NCBI GenBank assembly: GCA_964016885.1
Contig: OZ024743.1
Coordinates: forward strand, 357,616,001-357,680,000
Origin: Eledone cirrhosa
Lineage: Eukaryota
Direction: 5' to 3'
Length of the DNA: 64,000 nucleotides
A model generated the notes under the pieces. That model was not told where the DNA came from and did no database searches. It saw only the letters and a program-made list of their open reading frames with translations. Below, in pieces: positions 29,853 to 44,899 of this stretch (positions are counted from its first letter, which is position 1; the number at the start of each line of letters is the position of its first letter). The position numbers and the translations under genes are program-made.

Positions 29853-29897
29853 AATATTGCTGATGAGTTGTAACAACAACGAAACTAGTTCAATATT
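29853..29897 (+). ncRNA. Type I hammerhead ribozyme (inverted copy)
   Basis: Identical motif on the plus strand. Confidence 0.85.
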
Positions 29898-30117
29898 CCT
29901 TGTCTGGCTTTCTGGAGAATAGGGGGAAGGTGTTCCCCTGAAAAACCAGTATGACTCTAGAAACCGGTTTGTCTGTGTGTTTACATACAGAATAGCTGGG
30001 CCGCTCACTGTAAAGCGACCAGTGAAAGACTTGGTACACCTACATATGTATACGTGTGTGTATTCATATACACACTAGTATTTCAGTATGCATATGTAGA
30101 TGTACATTTTTAACTTA

Positions 30118-30171
<54 letters not shown>

Positions 30172-30255
30172 GGAAAAATTTGAACAGGGACAAGACAGAG
30201 AGGCAGTACAACAAATGTTTATTAATTTCACGCTCTTGAGAGTGGGGTGTTGGTG

Positions 30256-30294
30256 GGGGACGACGTTTCGGGCATAAGCCCTTCCTCAGGTGGG
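30256..30294 (-). ncRNA. Hammerhead-like motif, non-canonical
   Basis: CTGAGGA-A-GGGC ttat GCCC GAAA CGTC GTC; extra A after the core and no good stem I. Confidence 0.45.
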
Positions 30295-30439
30295 AAGTGT
30301 GTGGGAACAGAGTTCAAAGGGTGTGTAGGGGAGTGGTGGAGAGACATATAGCGAAAGGAAACGGTGCGAATTAAAAAATAAAAAATAAAGATAAAAATAA
30401 AAATAAAGCATGATCAAAATATATATATATGTGTGTGTG

Positions 30440-30667
30440 TGTGTAGGTGTGTGTGAATGAGTGAGTGTGTGTGTAATTTAGAACACTGTATATTTAAGGA
30501 CTTTCTTAAACCTAAGGTAGATATAACTACTGGTTTTCTTGTGGAAAGAATGAAATTTGAAGTGGAAATCAACTATTCCTTTGTACACAGAAAACCATAA
30601 GAGATTATTCTTCTAATGCTTTTCAAATAACTATGCCTATTGTATACACACACGTACACACACACGT

Positions 30668-30701
<34 letters not shown>

Positions 30702-31025
30702 CTATATATATATACAGTATATATATATATATATATATATATATTCATATACAGTATATATATATATGTGTATGTATGTGTGTGTGTCTGTGTGTATCTA
30801 TGTGTGTGTGCGTGTGTGTGTGTGTATACAATAGGCATAGTTATCTGAAAAGTATTAGAAGAATAATCTCTTATGGTTTTTTGTGTACAAAGGAATAGTT
30901 GTTTCCCACTTCAAATTTCATTCTTTCCACAAGAAAACCACCTAGTACCTTAGGTTTAAGAAAGTCCTTAAATATACAGTGTTCTAAATTACACACACAC
31001 TCACTCATTCACACACCTACACACA
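30440..31025. repeat. ~210-bp inverted repeats enclosing a CA/TA/TG microsatellite spacer
   Basis: 30440-30650 versus 30821-31025, roughly 90% matching by eye. Confidence 0.85.
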
Positions 31026-31435
31026 CGCAGTTACACACACATACACATATATATATATCTTTCAATTATTAAATAGGTTTTCCTCTGTCGTTTGATCATT
31101 CATTTTATATTTATCGCGTAATAATTTCTATCCCAAAACATTTTAATTATAACTTTGACACAGGAGATGATAGATATCCAAAATTGATTTGGGGATTAAT
31201 TAATAAATACATTTTGTTTTTGGAATCTTAGTCATATATACGACAAACGAGAAAGCCCGAATGTCCTTAATGTAAAGACTGAAATGTTGCAATGCATAAA
31301 ATGACCATTTTGTCAACTTTTTTGTAAAATTTTGATTAAAACTTTGATTGAAATCATTCAGCTTCTAAAGAGAAAATATTAAATGAAGTTCTCTTCAATT
31401 AATTTTTCCAAAATTCCACATATAGACTCTAAATT

Positions 31436-31635
<200 letters not shown>

Positions 31636-31678
31636 GGTGTGTGTGTATATATATATATATATGTATGTATGTGTGTGT

Positions 31679-31714
<36 letters not shown>

Positions 31715-31715
<1 letters not shown>

Positions 31716-31835
31716 CAGATTGAAGGCGGTAAAAACCAGCTAGACCATTACTCACCGGAGTACTCGATACCTAGGGTAGTAGAGTGGGTAATATGAAAAT
31801 ATTCAGGACCCCGACGGCTGAGCTCCGGCCGTTTT
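31715..31835 (-). mobile_element. Diverged member of the 'CCCCGACGGC' family
   Basis: Shares GAGTACTC.ATAC.TAGGGTAGTAGAGTGGG..GACCCCGACGGC with 23509, 44622 and 56929. Confidence 0.65.
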
Positions 31836-32093
31836 AACTTGAAGAAATGCCTTGAAAATGATAAACAAATCTGAGGACCTTGCGAGTGCAGAGTCGGGTT
31901 CGATCTATCATAGATCATGCCTTGAGCTGATCGTCGGAGAAACATATGTAATATGTTAATAAATTGTGTTTTAATGCAGCACTGATTCCTCGTTATCTAT
32001 AATAATATACTCTGCTCCGCCTGAGCATCGAGTGCCCAAATGACATACCGCCTACGGATGCATCTTTGCAACCTTACAACAACAACTATATAC

Positions 32094-32226
<133 letters not shown>

Positions 32227-32297
32227 CTTAAGTACGGCTGTTACTTAAGTATAATTATGTACACGTACATACATATATGTATACAGACGTACAGTAG

Positions 32298-32347
<50 letters not shown>

Positions 32348-32660
32348 CATGCACACATATATATATATGTACGTATGGATTCACCGAACATTTATTATAA
32401 TGCTCGGTGTGTTTGTAAACAAACATCCCGAATTAAGCCGTACAGTGTCTAGCAACCATCGTTGCTCATTTGTTCAACACTGACAAAGGAACGCTGTACT
32501 AGTTTCAAGCTTATTAGCTATCGTCAGCAACGTTGAACAAATGAGCAACGATGGTTGTTAGACACTGTACGGCTTAATACGGGATGTTTGTTTACAAACA
32601 CACCGAGCATTATAATAAATGTTCGGTGAATCCATACCTACATATATATATATGTGCATG

Positions 32661-32712
<52 letters not shown>

Positions 32713-32760
32713 CTACTGTACGTCTGTATACATATATGTATGTACGTGTACATACTTATA
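32227..32760. mobile_element. Palindromic copy of the 6884-7672 HHR family
   Basis: Arms 32250-32478 and 32532-32760 with the HHR in the spacer; (TA)n flanks. Confidence 0.85.
32492..32532 (-). ncRNA. Type I hammerhead ribozyme
   Basis: CGTTG CTGACGA t AGCT aata AGCT t GAAA CTAG TA CAGCG; core identical to 7362, with compensated stem I changes. Confidence 0.85.
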
Positions 32761-32783
32761 TATATATATATATATATATATTT

Positions 32784-33363
32784 GCTACTTTTCATATTGT
32801 TCTGGCATCTCGAATTAGTACCATTGAACCACAAATATTATAAACACCTTGCATATTTCTACAAGTACATTGTACCTGTTGAGGTATTCATCCACTTCTA
32901 TAATTTTTCTCCTTATGTAGAGAACAAAATGTTGAATAATGCTGCTAGTTTTAGTGGCAATATCAACATGTTTATAATAAACAGCTATTATCAGCGACCT
33001 GATTTTGCGTGTGTGTCATTTTAACGGCTTGACCGCATGCGTTAGGCAGGGAGCATAATATTTACTTGCTATAAGGCTTGCTACCTTATGGCGTGGAAAT
33101 AGGGCTGTCTGAAGATTCATTTCTTTCCATTGGAAATTCTCTGGATTTCCAATCTTTTGGAATGATGAAACCGTCGGTAACAGCAATTGAATAGGTGATT
33201 ATTTAATCATTTTTTAATTTATTTAGAGAATTGTTTAATAACCGCTTGCTCCGCTACTTTTTATATTGTTCTGGCATCTCGAATTAGTACCATTGAACCA
33301 CAAGTATTATAAACAACTTGAATATTTCTGCAAGTACATTGTACCTGTTGAGGTATTCATCCA

Positions 33364-33366
<3 letters not shown>
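32784..33366 (+). mobile_element. Non-autonomous HHR element: 469-nt unit plus ~114-bp terminal direct repeat
   Basis: 32784-32897 is repeated at 33253-33366; (TA)n flanks. Confidence 0.8.
33104..33184 (+). ncRNA. Type I hammerhead ribozyme with extended stem II
   Basis: GCTGT CTGAAGA t TCATTTC[..ATTGGAAATT ctct GGATTTCCAAT..]GGAATGA t GAAA CCGtCGG TA ACAGC. Confidence 0.85.
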
Positions 33367-33430
<64 letters not shown>

Positions 33431-33712
33431 CGCCTCGGAAAAACCTCTTTCCTAGAGCTAATTTTATTGTAAGAGACTATTTTGAGTTTCTAACTCAATT
33501 CATGTCTTTGATATATATATGTATATATTAATGTATATGTATAGGAAAACAAATACTAGACGTAAAGTATAGAAAGATGAAAAATTTAATCAAAAGTTCG
33601 TTCTTTAACATGTTTCAATACAATATAAGCCTACATAATGCTGGTTGCATATTAATATTATTATTATGCCCATTCAGTAGCAATACATTAAATATTGCAT
33701 TTCTTCAGAAAG

Positions 33713-33793
<81 letters not shown>

Positions 33794-33887
33794 AAAGGTA
33801 AACAGAAATAACAACACACTATATATATATATGTATATATATTAAAATACAAATATTAATAAAATAGATGTTCTTTTGATCAATTAC

Positions 33888-33940
33888 ATTTTATTATACA
33901 TATTTCGGATGTACAACAGTACGTCTTCATCAGACAAAAT
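33888..33940 (-). ncRNA. Type I hammerhead ribozyme
   Basis: ATTTTGT CTGATGA aGAcGTAC tgtt GTACaTCC GAAA TATGT ATA ATAAAAT. Confidence 0.7.
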
Positions 33941-34373
33941 ATAATGATGCATGACATACCCTGAGATGTTAAATGGTGAAGATTTAATCAAGGTAGTGAT
34001 TAACCCAAGAAAAATTTTACATTTATACCCTAATAATGAGAAAATGCGAAAACGTAATAAATTCAATAGAGAAAGTGCGAGTAAGAAAAACGTTGCTTAA
34101 TGTAACAGTTATATAGATATTAAGATGTATAATATACAATTTATAAATAGGGGGGGGGGGGGGGGGGGTAATATGCTGAAGGAGATTTATTTTTGCCGAA
34201 AGTTAAACGGTAATAATAGATTGATGCATGTTATGGTTAAATATACGCCTATATATAACAGGGTGTAAATACATTAATTATTCTTGGTTCAGAATAAACA
34301 TAATCAAGAAATTTAACTAAAAATTATGTAGGTAATATTCTATCTATGATGTTTTTACTGATTACTCCTATAT

Positions 34374-34474
<101 letters not shown>

Positions 34475-34486
34475 CATATATATATG

Positions 34487-34545
<59 letters not shown>

Positions 34546-35023
34546 GTATATATATGTATATATATGTATATATATATATGTATATACATATATATATGTA
34601 TATACATATATATATGTATATACATATATATATGTATATATATATATTTTAAAAAATATATATATATACATATATATATGTATATATATATATTTAAAAA
34701 AAAAAAAATCTTGAATCTTCACCCTATAATACCATAAATTAAATATTTTCAAAATTAACCGTTTAACTTTCGGCAAAAATAAATCTCCGTCAGCATATTA
34801 CCCCCCCCCCCCCCCCCCCAGCCTTATTTATAAATTGTAGTATCATACATCTTAATATCTCTATAACTGTTACATTAAGCAACGTTTTTCTTACTCGCAC
34901 TTTCTCTATTGAATTTATTACGTTTTCCAATTTCTCATTATTAGGGTGTAAATGTTAAATTTTTCTTGGGTTAATCACTACCTTGATTAAATGTTAACCA
35001 ATTAACATCTCATGTATCATTAT

Positions 35024-35076
35024 ATTTTGTCTGATGAGGACGTACTGTTGTACATCCGAAATATGTATAATAAAAT
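35024..35076 (+). ncRNA. Type I hammerhead ribozyme
   Basis: ATTTTGT CTGATGA GGAcGTAC tgtt GTACaTCC GAAA TATGT ATA ATAAAAT. Confidence 0.75.
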
Positions 35077-35250
35077 GTAATTGATCAAAAGAACATCTAT
35101 TTTATTAATATGTGTATTTTAATATCAATAACTCTGTAAAATTATTTATCGTAGAGTGCTTCCAATCTACTGTAAAACTCATTCTTTGACATACTCATTG
35201 AATCTTGTTTAACTATTTAAAATATGTAATATATATATATATAGATATAT

Positions 35251-35283
<33 letters not shown>

Positions 35284-35301
35284 GTGTGTATGTATATATA
35301 C

Positions 35302-35333
<32 letters not shown>

Positions 35334-35450
35334 GTATATATATGTATATATACATACGTATATATATATATGTATATATACATATGTATATATATATGTA
35401 TATATATATGTATATATATACATATGTATATATATGTATATATATGTATG

Positions 35451-35487
<37 letters not shown>

Positions 35488-35494
35488 GTGTGTG

Positions 35495-35526
<32 letters not shown>

Positions 35527-35528
35527 CT

Positions 35529-35586
<58 letters not shown>

Positions 35587-36059
35587 CACATACATATATT
35601 ACACACGCACACATAATTATTTGAAGCTCTAACATACGTGTTTCAGATTTTATTGAGAGTAAACCGTGCTGCAACCAATATGTTTAATTAACGTATATTT
35701 ACTCTCGTTTTGAAAATAGACTCATTTTTAAAACTCCAAGTATCTCACACATAAGATGGAAGATCGGATCGATTAATATTGGTCTTTGCTAAAGCTGAAT
35801 CACAATTTGTTTAATTCATTCTAGCTGCCGAGAGAGGAAATAGACAAATTCTGACAAATTGCTATGAGAAAGTATAGACAAAGATGTTACAACAGGTAAT
35901 ATGTTTAAATTCGGAAATTTAGTGAAGGTAGGCATCAGTTTTGCCTCGTCTTTAAATATATTCGTTATTCCACCAATGACAACAACAACACTAACATCAT
36001 CACACATTCTATGTGTGTGTGTGAAAGAGAGAGCGAAGGGGGGAGATAGAGATAGGCAG

Positions 36060-36095
<36 letters not shown>

Positions 36096-36096
36096 C

Positions 36097-36127
<31 letters not shown>

Positions 36128-36415
36128 AAGAGATAGAAAGAAAGAAAGAAAGAGAGTTTTTGGCGACAAATTGACCAACAATGGTTGGCGAAAATGTTAA
36201 TCATAGCTGTACTGTGCAATATGACGAAAAACATGTGGATGTCCCCCACTCCTATAAAAACATCCCTCTCGCGTACTCACCGCAGTCGTAGGTTGTTAAA
36301 GGGGTTGGATGTTATGATTCAGTGTTGGGCGGGTTATATAGTTTTGTAAAACGATAATGAGGGTTCAAAAGCTACTGACAGGTAATATACACGAAAGATA
36401 GATAGATAGATAGAT

Positions 36416-36472
<57 letters not shown>

Positions 36473-36473
36473 T

Positions 36474-36570
<97 letters not shown>

Positions 36571-37303
36571 ATGACAGAGACATGGAATGAGAATGATTCA
36601 GATGCGAGAGCGTGATAGATTATATATAGAGAGAGAGAGGCGAAAACAGATTGACTGAGAGACAAAGAGACAGATAGACACAGTTACAGTGATAGATAGA
36701 TAGATAGATTTCTTTATTAGCCACACATAGATAGGTAGGTACATACATACATAGATACAAACATACATACGTACGTACATACATACGTACGTACATACAT
36801 GATGGCTGCCCCTTCGTTATCGTGTATGGCCATTGCACGATATAACATTATTAATAATTATTTATTAATTCTATCGTGCTATGCCTGTGCATGAAGATTT
36901 TTTTTAAGTGAGAAAAGACTGTGCACTGAGCCAATCCCACTATCTGAGCGACAGTAGCTCTAGCCCGAAAAGAAGAAAAGATCAACATCATCGGTAACTA
37001 CCGAGCCGCAGGTTTTATGCCGGAGTTATCCCAGTTCCAGAGTTGCCTTCTCCTAGAAGAATGCCCTGACAAAGTCTAGGGGCGCTACACTCCCAGTGGT
37101 TTAACCGCGCGATGGCCGTTGACTCTTTTGAGTTCTTCCGCCCTTTGTCAGGTTTTGTTTTTTGTCCTGCAGGGTGTCCAAAATCACCCTCCTCACCAAG
37201 TAAACTTGGTGGAGTTGCCGGTTTAGTCGCCGACGACCCGACCATGCGACAGGTTGTACTGGGTTACATGTTACCAGTAGCACCCAAGAGTGACCCGACA
37301 TAG

Positions 37304-37740
37304 CATACATACATACATACATACATACATACATACATACATACATACATACATACATACATACACACATACATACATGATGACTGTCCACTCGTCAGAC
37401 GAGCACGTCCATCGCTGAGAGATTGACTCACAGTTGATTGTTCCTACGAACGTGAGATCGACAATGACTTTGGAAGACGGTGAGAGACTTGCAAAGTTTG
37501 CCACAAAGTCTACACACTATATCCAAATATATATTTACAGCCTCATAGTTAGGCCTCTTAATTAGAAGTTCCTTATTGGTCTTTAAGTGTCTTGTGAGTC
37601 CAGAGTGGCTCCTGTATATTTTGCCGCATACATCACAAATAAGTGGATCTGCAACAATGAACTTGGCATACTCTGTTAGCGAGTTGTCTATGTGACTTCC
37701 GGGGTGGCTTTGGAGTCCTGCGTTTGACAGACACATTCAA
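37304..37740 (-). mobile_element. LINE (RTE-like) 3' end with two decayed C2H2 zinc fingers and (TATG)n tail
   Basis: CDVCGKIYRSHSGLTRH and CRLCGKLCKSLTVFQSHCRSH, a short UTR, then a microsatellite tail. Confidence 0.55.
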
Positions 37741-38385
37741 CCATACTCATAACAAACAAACTGAGGAACCGCTGGACCTACTTTCTCTCTCTTGCGGGCA
37801 ACTCTTTTGTTCTTTGCCCACCGTATTTTCTTTGCATGGAGTGATCGACATCCTTCATATATTTTTTTCTCCACTTCCTAGTCGTGAAGGCCGATACTAA
37901 GTTGCAGCAACGAGTTTTTGACACAGTTCTTGAAACGCTTCTTGGGTCTTTGCTGAAGCCTTTTGCCTTCAGCCAGTTCTCCGTAAAGCACCTGCTTGGG
38001 GCTACGGCTATGGAACGTATTACTAAATAGCAATCAAATATAACACTACCGCTTTTATACTGGACCAACTCTGATAGAGAATTCAGTTACCAACTTTACG
38101 TCAATATGGTAAAATATAAAGAAGACATCGATGAACTATTGAGGAGGTCACGACCTTGTGTCCAAAATACATTTTCAATTCTAAACCCGTTATCATTACA
38201 GTGACATGGTATGCTATCAAACCTTCAGAAAAATATGGCTGCATTTAACTAATAATTTATATTCTACAGATGATCGTCATTTCTGAAACAATAAAAATTA
38301 AAGACGTTCGTAAATTGAAAAAGAGAATGTTTAGTTTCTCAAATAAGTACGAAAAGAACGAGATAAAGTCGTATGTATATATATA

Positions 38386-38574
38386 TAACTGTTTCTACTT
38401 TTGGCACAAGGCCAGCAAATACCCAGTGTATTACTGGTACTTTATTTTATCGACCCCGTAAGGATGAAAGGCAAAGTTAACCTTGACGGGATTTGAACTC
38501 AGACCGTAAAGGGACGTAACTATGCTGGAAAGAATGGCGTCCGACTCTCTACCGATACTGCCAATCCACCGCCC
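38386..38574 (-). mobile_element. tRNA-derived Nin/Deu-domain SINE
   Basis: Reverse complement of the family at 50079-53550. Confidence 0.85.
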
Positions 38575-38753
38575 ATATATATATAACATACAAAGATTAG
38601 CTTTGTTTAAAAACAGCGGAGAATTTGTAAATTAGATGATGAAATAGTGCTTCGCTGTATTTTTGACTAAGTAAATGAGCCTAATATATATATTGAGTAT
38701 TGAGTACTTTGGTGCGTTATGGTCCACTTGGTTCCTTACCACATTTCCTTCGT

Positions 38754-38798
<45 letters not shown>

Positions 38799-39154
38799 AT
38801 TGACGCTGGTTGTTTGTAACCAACAACGGAAGGTGTATGCAATATACACAGTCTAGAGTATAATTATATTTATTCGGCTAAGCTGTATGCTGTTACTTAA
38901 GTTTCGCATTTACTTGCTCGTTCACACGATAGTTCGATATACATACATACATACAAAACGGTGGGAGGTAAAGAAACAGTAAGAGATAGATGGATAAGTG
39001 GAAAAAAGTGGGAGATGAGAGACAGAAATGGGGTGGGGGAATGCATAAACAGTAATAAATAGATAGATAGATAGAAAGATAGATAGATACATAGGTAGGT
39101 AGGTAGGTAGGTAGGTAGATAGACAGAGAGACAGGGAGACAGACAGACTTATAA

Positions 39155-39202
<48 letters not shown>

Positions 39203-39739
39203 GAGAATGAGGGAGGAAGTCATTGAGAGAGTGGGAGAGAAAGGGAAGCGAGAGTGACTGAGTTAGAGGCGGTTATATGAAGAGAAAGAGAAACAAGATG
39301 ATAAGCAAAGCTGTAAACCAAAAGGCGTCGAGAAATACATAATGGCGGTGTGGAAGACAGGGCAAATAGCTATATTTTTCTCGACATCTCGTCGTTCGCC
39401 TTTCTCGTCTCTTCCGACCACAACAACCACCTTTTTCACAATGATTATAGATGGTCTTCATGTTCGGACATGGAACACTCTTTTGTTGGTAGGGCATCAT
39501 GGCACTTGTCTTCTTTGACATTCTACGAAATCCAAACGGCTTTAAATACGATTGAGCGATTCTAAAATATTATTAGCTCAACTTTATTCCTAGAACTCTT
39601 GTTTAAGACAAGAAATTACAGAGTGTGAAATGTCGTGCCAAAAATGCCAAGATCAAGATACATGGAGCAGTTATTTAGATCAATGATGTTTAAATTGACC
39701 ATTCCATAATTTCTGTGTCGTTTTTGAGTTGCTGTTGGT

Positions 39740-39944
39740 GGTGTTGTTGTTGTTGCTGATGTTTATGATGCTTTTGTTAGTGGTGGTAGTGTTGGGGATA
39801 TTGGTGGGAGTTTGCCGTTGTTTTAGTGCTGGGTTTGTTGGTGTTGTTGTTGGTGTTGCTGATGTTTATGATGCTTTTGTTAGTGGTGGTAGTGTTGGGG
39901 ATATTGGTGGGAGTTTGCCGTTGTTTTAGTGCTGGGTTTGTTGG

Positions 39945-39955
<11 letters not shown>
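39740..39955. repeat. 103-bp tandem duplication in GT-rich low-complexity sequence
   Basis: TGTTGCTGATGTTTATGATG... occurs at 39751 and 39854. Confidence 0.85.
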
Positions 39956-39975
<20 letters not shown>

Positions 39976-40298
39976 GGTGGTGGCGGTGGTGGAGGTGATG
40001 GTGGTAATGTTGGTTGTAGGTGTATGTGGCTATTTTAACGTTTAAGTTGTATTGTTGGTAGAAAGCAGCTAGATCTTTATTTCATCAATGTCACTCATTG
40101 TTATTTTATTAAAAGCAACGCAACTTTCTATTGGTAATGTATTGGTTGTAGCCACAGTGATGGTAGTGATAGTGATAGTGGTGGTGGCAGTGGTGGTGGT
40201 GGTGATGGTGGCGTCGATGGTGGTGGTAGTAGCGTCGGTGGTGGTAGCGGTGGTAGGGAAGAGAGTTATAATTTAAACAACACTATTATTATTATTAT

Positions 40299-40363
<65 letters not shown>

Positions 40364-40515
40364 TGTGATGGTGGTGGTGGTGTGGTGGTGATGGTGGTGT
40401 TGCTTGGTGTTGGTAGCGAAAACTGTTGGAGAGGTGGGATGGAATGAGCAAGATTATGTGGCCCTTAAATAGGCGAACTGTTATTATAAGTTCGCAGATA
40501 TACGGATCGAACGAC

Positions 40516-40546
<31 letters not shown>

Positions 40547-40722
40547 CACACATACATACATGTGTATACATAGTATATATATATGTATATATATATATAT
40601 GTATATATACACATATATATATGAATATACACATATACATATATACATATACATACACATATGTGCGTATGTATATAAATGTATATATGTATGTGTGTGT
40701 GTGTGTATACATGTGTGCGTTT

Positions 40723-40839
<117 letters not shown>

Positions 40840-41172
40840 GGGGAGAGAGGAATACAAAGAGGGAAAAATACACAGACATTAAGACAATGAAACTGAGAGA
40901 AAGGCAGCGAAAGAAATGTGAAGAAGGGGGGAAGGGTGAGAAAATGAGGGACAGAGGCCATTTGCAGCGAAACAAGAAGTCAGTTGCAGCGGTCTATCAT
41001 TGAATTAGTCCTCAAAATGAACCAGTCTCTATAGAAAACAGAAGCTTTCCTATGCCTGTTGATATAATGTGTGTGTGTGGCGGTATGTGTATCAGTGTGT
41101 GTGTGCATGTGTGTGTCTGTGTGTGCATGCATGTGTATCAGCGAATGTGTCTGTGTGTGAGTCTGTGTGTGA

Positions 41173-41220
<48 letters not shown>

Positions 41221-42034
41221 GTGAGTCTATGCGTGTGTGTTTGTCTGTGTGTGTGTGTATGTGTGGTATGGAAAATATATACTAAAAATTGGGCTTGACT
41301 GAGCTTGTTATCAATAACAAGAACAATTATATTATACACGCAGAAGTGTATAATATATATATATATATATATGAATAAAGTTAGTCCTTCATCAGTGATC
41401 TTCCAACCATCATTGGTATTTCATTGCTTTAAAGACCATATACCTCCGGTTGGTGCGAGCAACGGCTAAAAAAAGTCGTTGGGACACGTAAATAAAGGGG
41501 ACACGAGAGTGTAAACAAACAAAGATCGTGAAGCAACGAAAAGTGAGGAAGAAGGAGACAAGTCCCAAATTTCCATGAATATAAATTCGGTGAAATCGTG
41601 AACGAGAGAGAATAAAGACCATCAAACCTGGTTGGAATGTGAGCAAGGAGGGAATTCGAATTCCGTACAGGTCTAACGGGAGGAAGAAGGAATCTAGTCT
41701 GTGAATTCGGTGAACATAAGCTCTGTGAAATCGTAGACGAGAGAGAGAAAAAAAAGCGACCTGCCTGACCAAGCGTGCGAAAGAAAAGAATTACGCACAG
41801 GTCAAACGGGAAGAAGGAGGAGGAGGAGAGGTAGTAACAGAGAGTGAGTGAGTGAAGGGTGAGGAAGAGGCTAACAGAGAGAGTGACTGTTAGAGAGGGT
41901 AAAGATACAGAGAAAGAGGAAGCAGTAAGAACGAAATAGACGGGTCACAGAGGGGAAAAAATATGTGTAAATATGAAATAAACGTGCTGCGTGGTTGCTA
42001 ATGGGTTACATATGAATAAAGTTATATATATATA

Positions 42035-42795
<761 letters not shown>

Positions 42796-42898
42796 TATGA
42801 TTGGACTTTGACCTCGAAACTGGATACCAACCCGGAGTATACCTGAACTTCCACCAGGAAATCTTTCGTATCTTTGAAATTTTCTTTGCTTCTTATAT

Positions 42899-42950
<52 letters not shown>

Positions 42951-42958
<8 letters not shown>

Positions 42959-43668
42959 TTAGCGAGAATCGCATTTCGGCGGGTAGAAATTAGCGAAACG
43001 CAACTTCCGAATTGTGTTGACAAGCGCTCAATGGATATGAAGATACCAGAGCTATAAACATAAGTTAAAAAGGTCATACAAAACTGAGACGATGGTTAAG
43101 AAGCCATTAACCACCTAAGCCAAGAAGTGAACAAGCTAAATGGGTCAAACAAAATAAGATATGATTGAAATAGTTACCCGGACCCCGGGAATGATGGTAA
43201 AATCCGATATAGGGTTTCTGTGACACCTAAATCAATAATACTGTCTGCTTATAAAAAATAATAATCTTTTTGGTATAATGATCGAACAAGCATATCAATT
43301 TCTCAACAGGCATTTTGTTCTGTGTGCGCCAGGATTTCACAGTGTTCGAAAGCACATGTGAACTCCAAAGGGGAGAAAACACCTAGCTTTGGCAAATGAA
43401 TTTAGTATGTGTAGTCATTGCAAAAATTTGCAAAAATAGCACAACACGAATTAAGCTTTCAACCTAGTGGTTTTTAAAATAAACTTGAGCGATTAATCAG
43501 TCAATAGAATTAACTAAAAAAATCAAAAAATTAACTGGTTAATTGCTAGACCGGGGAGATTAATACAAATATAAATTTAGCGAGAATCGCATTTCGGCGG
43601 GTAGAAATTAGCGAAACGCAACTTCCGAATTGTGTTGACAAGCGCTCAATGGATATGAAGATACCAGA
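42951..43668. mobile_element. 618-nt unit with ~100-bp terminal direct repeat; no canonical HHR seen
   Basis: 42951-43050 is identical to 43569-43668; the left end lies in (TA)n. Confidence 0.65.
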
Positions 43669-43670
43669 TA

Positions 43671-44253
43671 CTCAATGGAAATCCGCTTTGATTATCCGTT
43701 TATTCTGGAGCTTGAAACCGCGGTAAAGGCACATATAGTAAGTACAGCGAATTTTTTAAAATTTATTTTAAAACTTTTTCTCTATTTACTAGATTTCATA
43801 TGTTCTGGCTTGTTAATTTATTGGCATACGGTTGGATAATAGTTGTTTCCTTATATGTAATTTTTACACGTAGGAATTCATACTTTATTATTATTGATCC
43901 ACCCCTAAGGTAGAGATAAAACTTGGCCGTTTGGACTGCTGCTATTTCTAGTGACAGGACATCGACCTGTCCACCCTGCCTTTTGTCTTTGCACATGGCA
44001 CCAGACAGAATTATTTCTTTCATCATTCGCTCTCATTTGGGAATGGTTTTGTATGGCGTCAGTTTGTGATTTGAACTCGGGAATTTTATATTCTCCGAGA
44101 GAGAAGAGCCTTCTGAAGATAACTCCCTTCTCAATGGAAGTCCGCTTGGATTTTCCGTTTATTCTGGAGCTTGAAACCGCGGTAAAGGCACATATAGTGA
44201 GTACAGCGAATTTCTTAAATTTTATTTTAAAATGTTTCTCTATTTGCTAGACC
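43671..44253 (+). mobile_element. Non-autonomous HHR element: 459-nt unit plus ~123-bp direct repeat starting inside HHR stem II
   Basis: 43671-43793 matches 44130-44251; the first repeat contains only the 3' half of the HHR. Confidence 0.8.
44108..44189 (+). ncRNA. Type I hammerhead ribozyme with extended stem II
   Basis: GCCTT CTGAAGA t AaCTCC[..ATGGAAGTCC gctt GGATTTTCCGT..]GGAGcT t GAAA CCGCGG TA AAGGC. Confidence 0.85.
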
Positions 44254-44279
44254 TTGATTTTATATATACATATATATAC

Positions 44280-44385
<106 letters not shown>

Positions 44386-44386
44386 C

Positions 44387-44431
<45 letters not shown>

Positions 44432-44525
44432 CACAGGTATATATAAATATATATATATTACATATATATATATATATAGATAATATATATATATATATAT
44501 ATTTATTATATATATATATATATAT

Positions 44526-44888
<363 letters not shown>

Positions 44889-44899
44889 GTATATATATA

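Larger units (their letters stand above)
28773..30122. mobile_element. Palindromic HHR element: 468-nt unit, ~1.6 units on minus plus ~1.3 units on plus
   Basis: Tandem period 468 (28773/29241); arms 28845-29460 and 29506-30122 look like perfect inverted repeats; (TA)n flanks. Confidence 0.9.

Noticed and set aside
37428-37736. Host C2H2 zinc-finger gene
   Set aside because: The fingers are decayed, lack TGEKP linkers, and are followed by a short UTR and microsatellite tail typical of a LINE 3' end.
37778-39565. ORFs 37778-38068 and 39350-39565 as host exons
   Set aside because: No recognisable domain or convincing splice context.
41369-42023. TA-bounded segment with a 15-bp terminal repeat and CTGATGAAGGAC on minus
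   Set aside because: No GAAA half is found even after circular joining, and the repeat is too short to distinguish from a TSD or chance.
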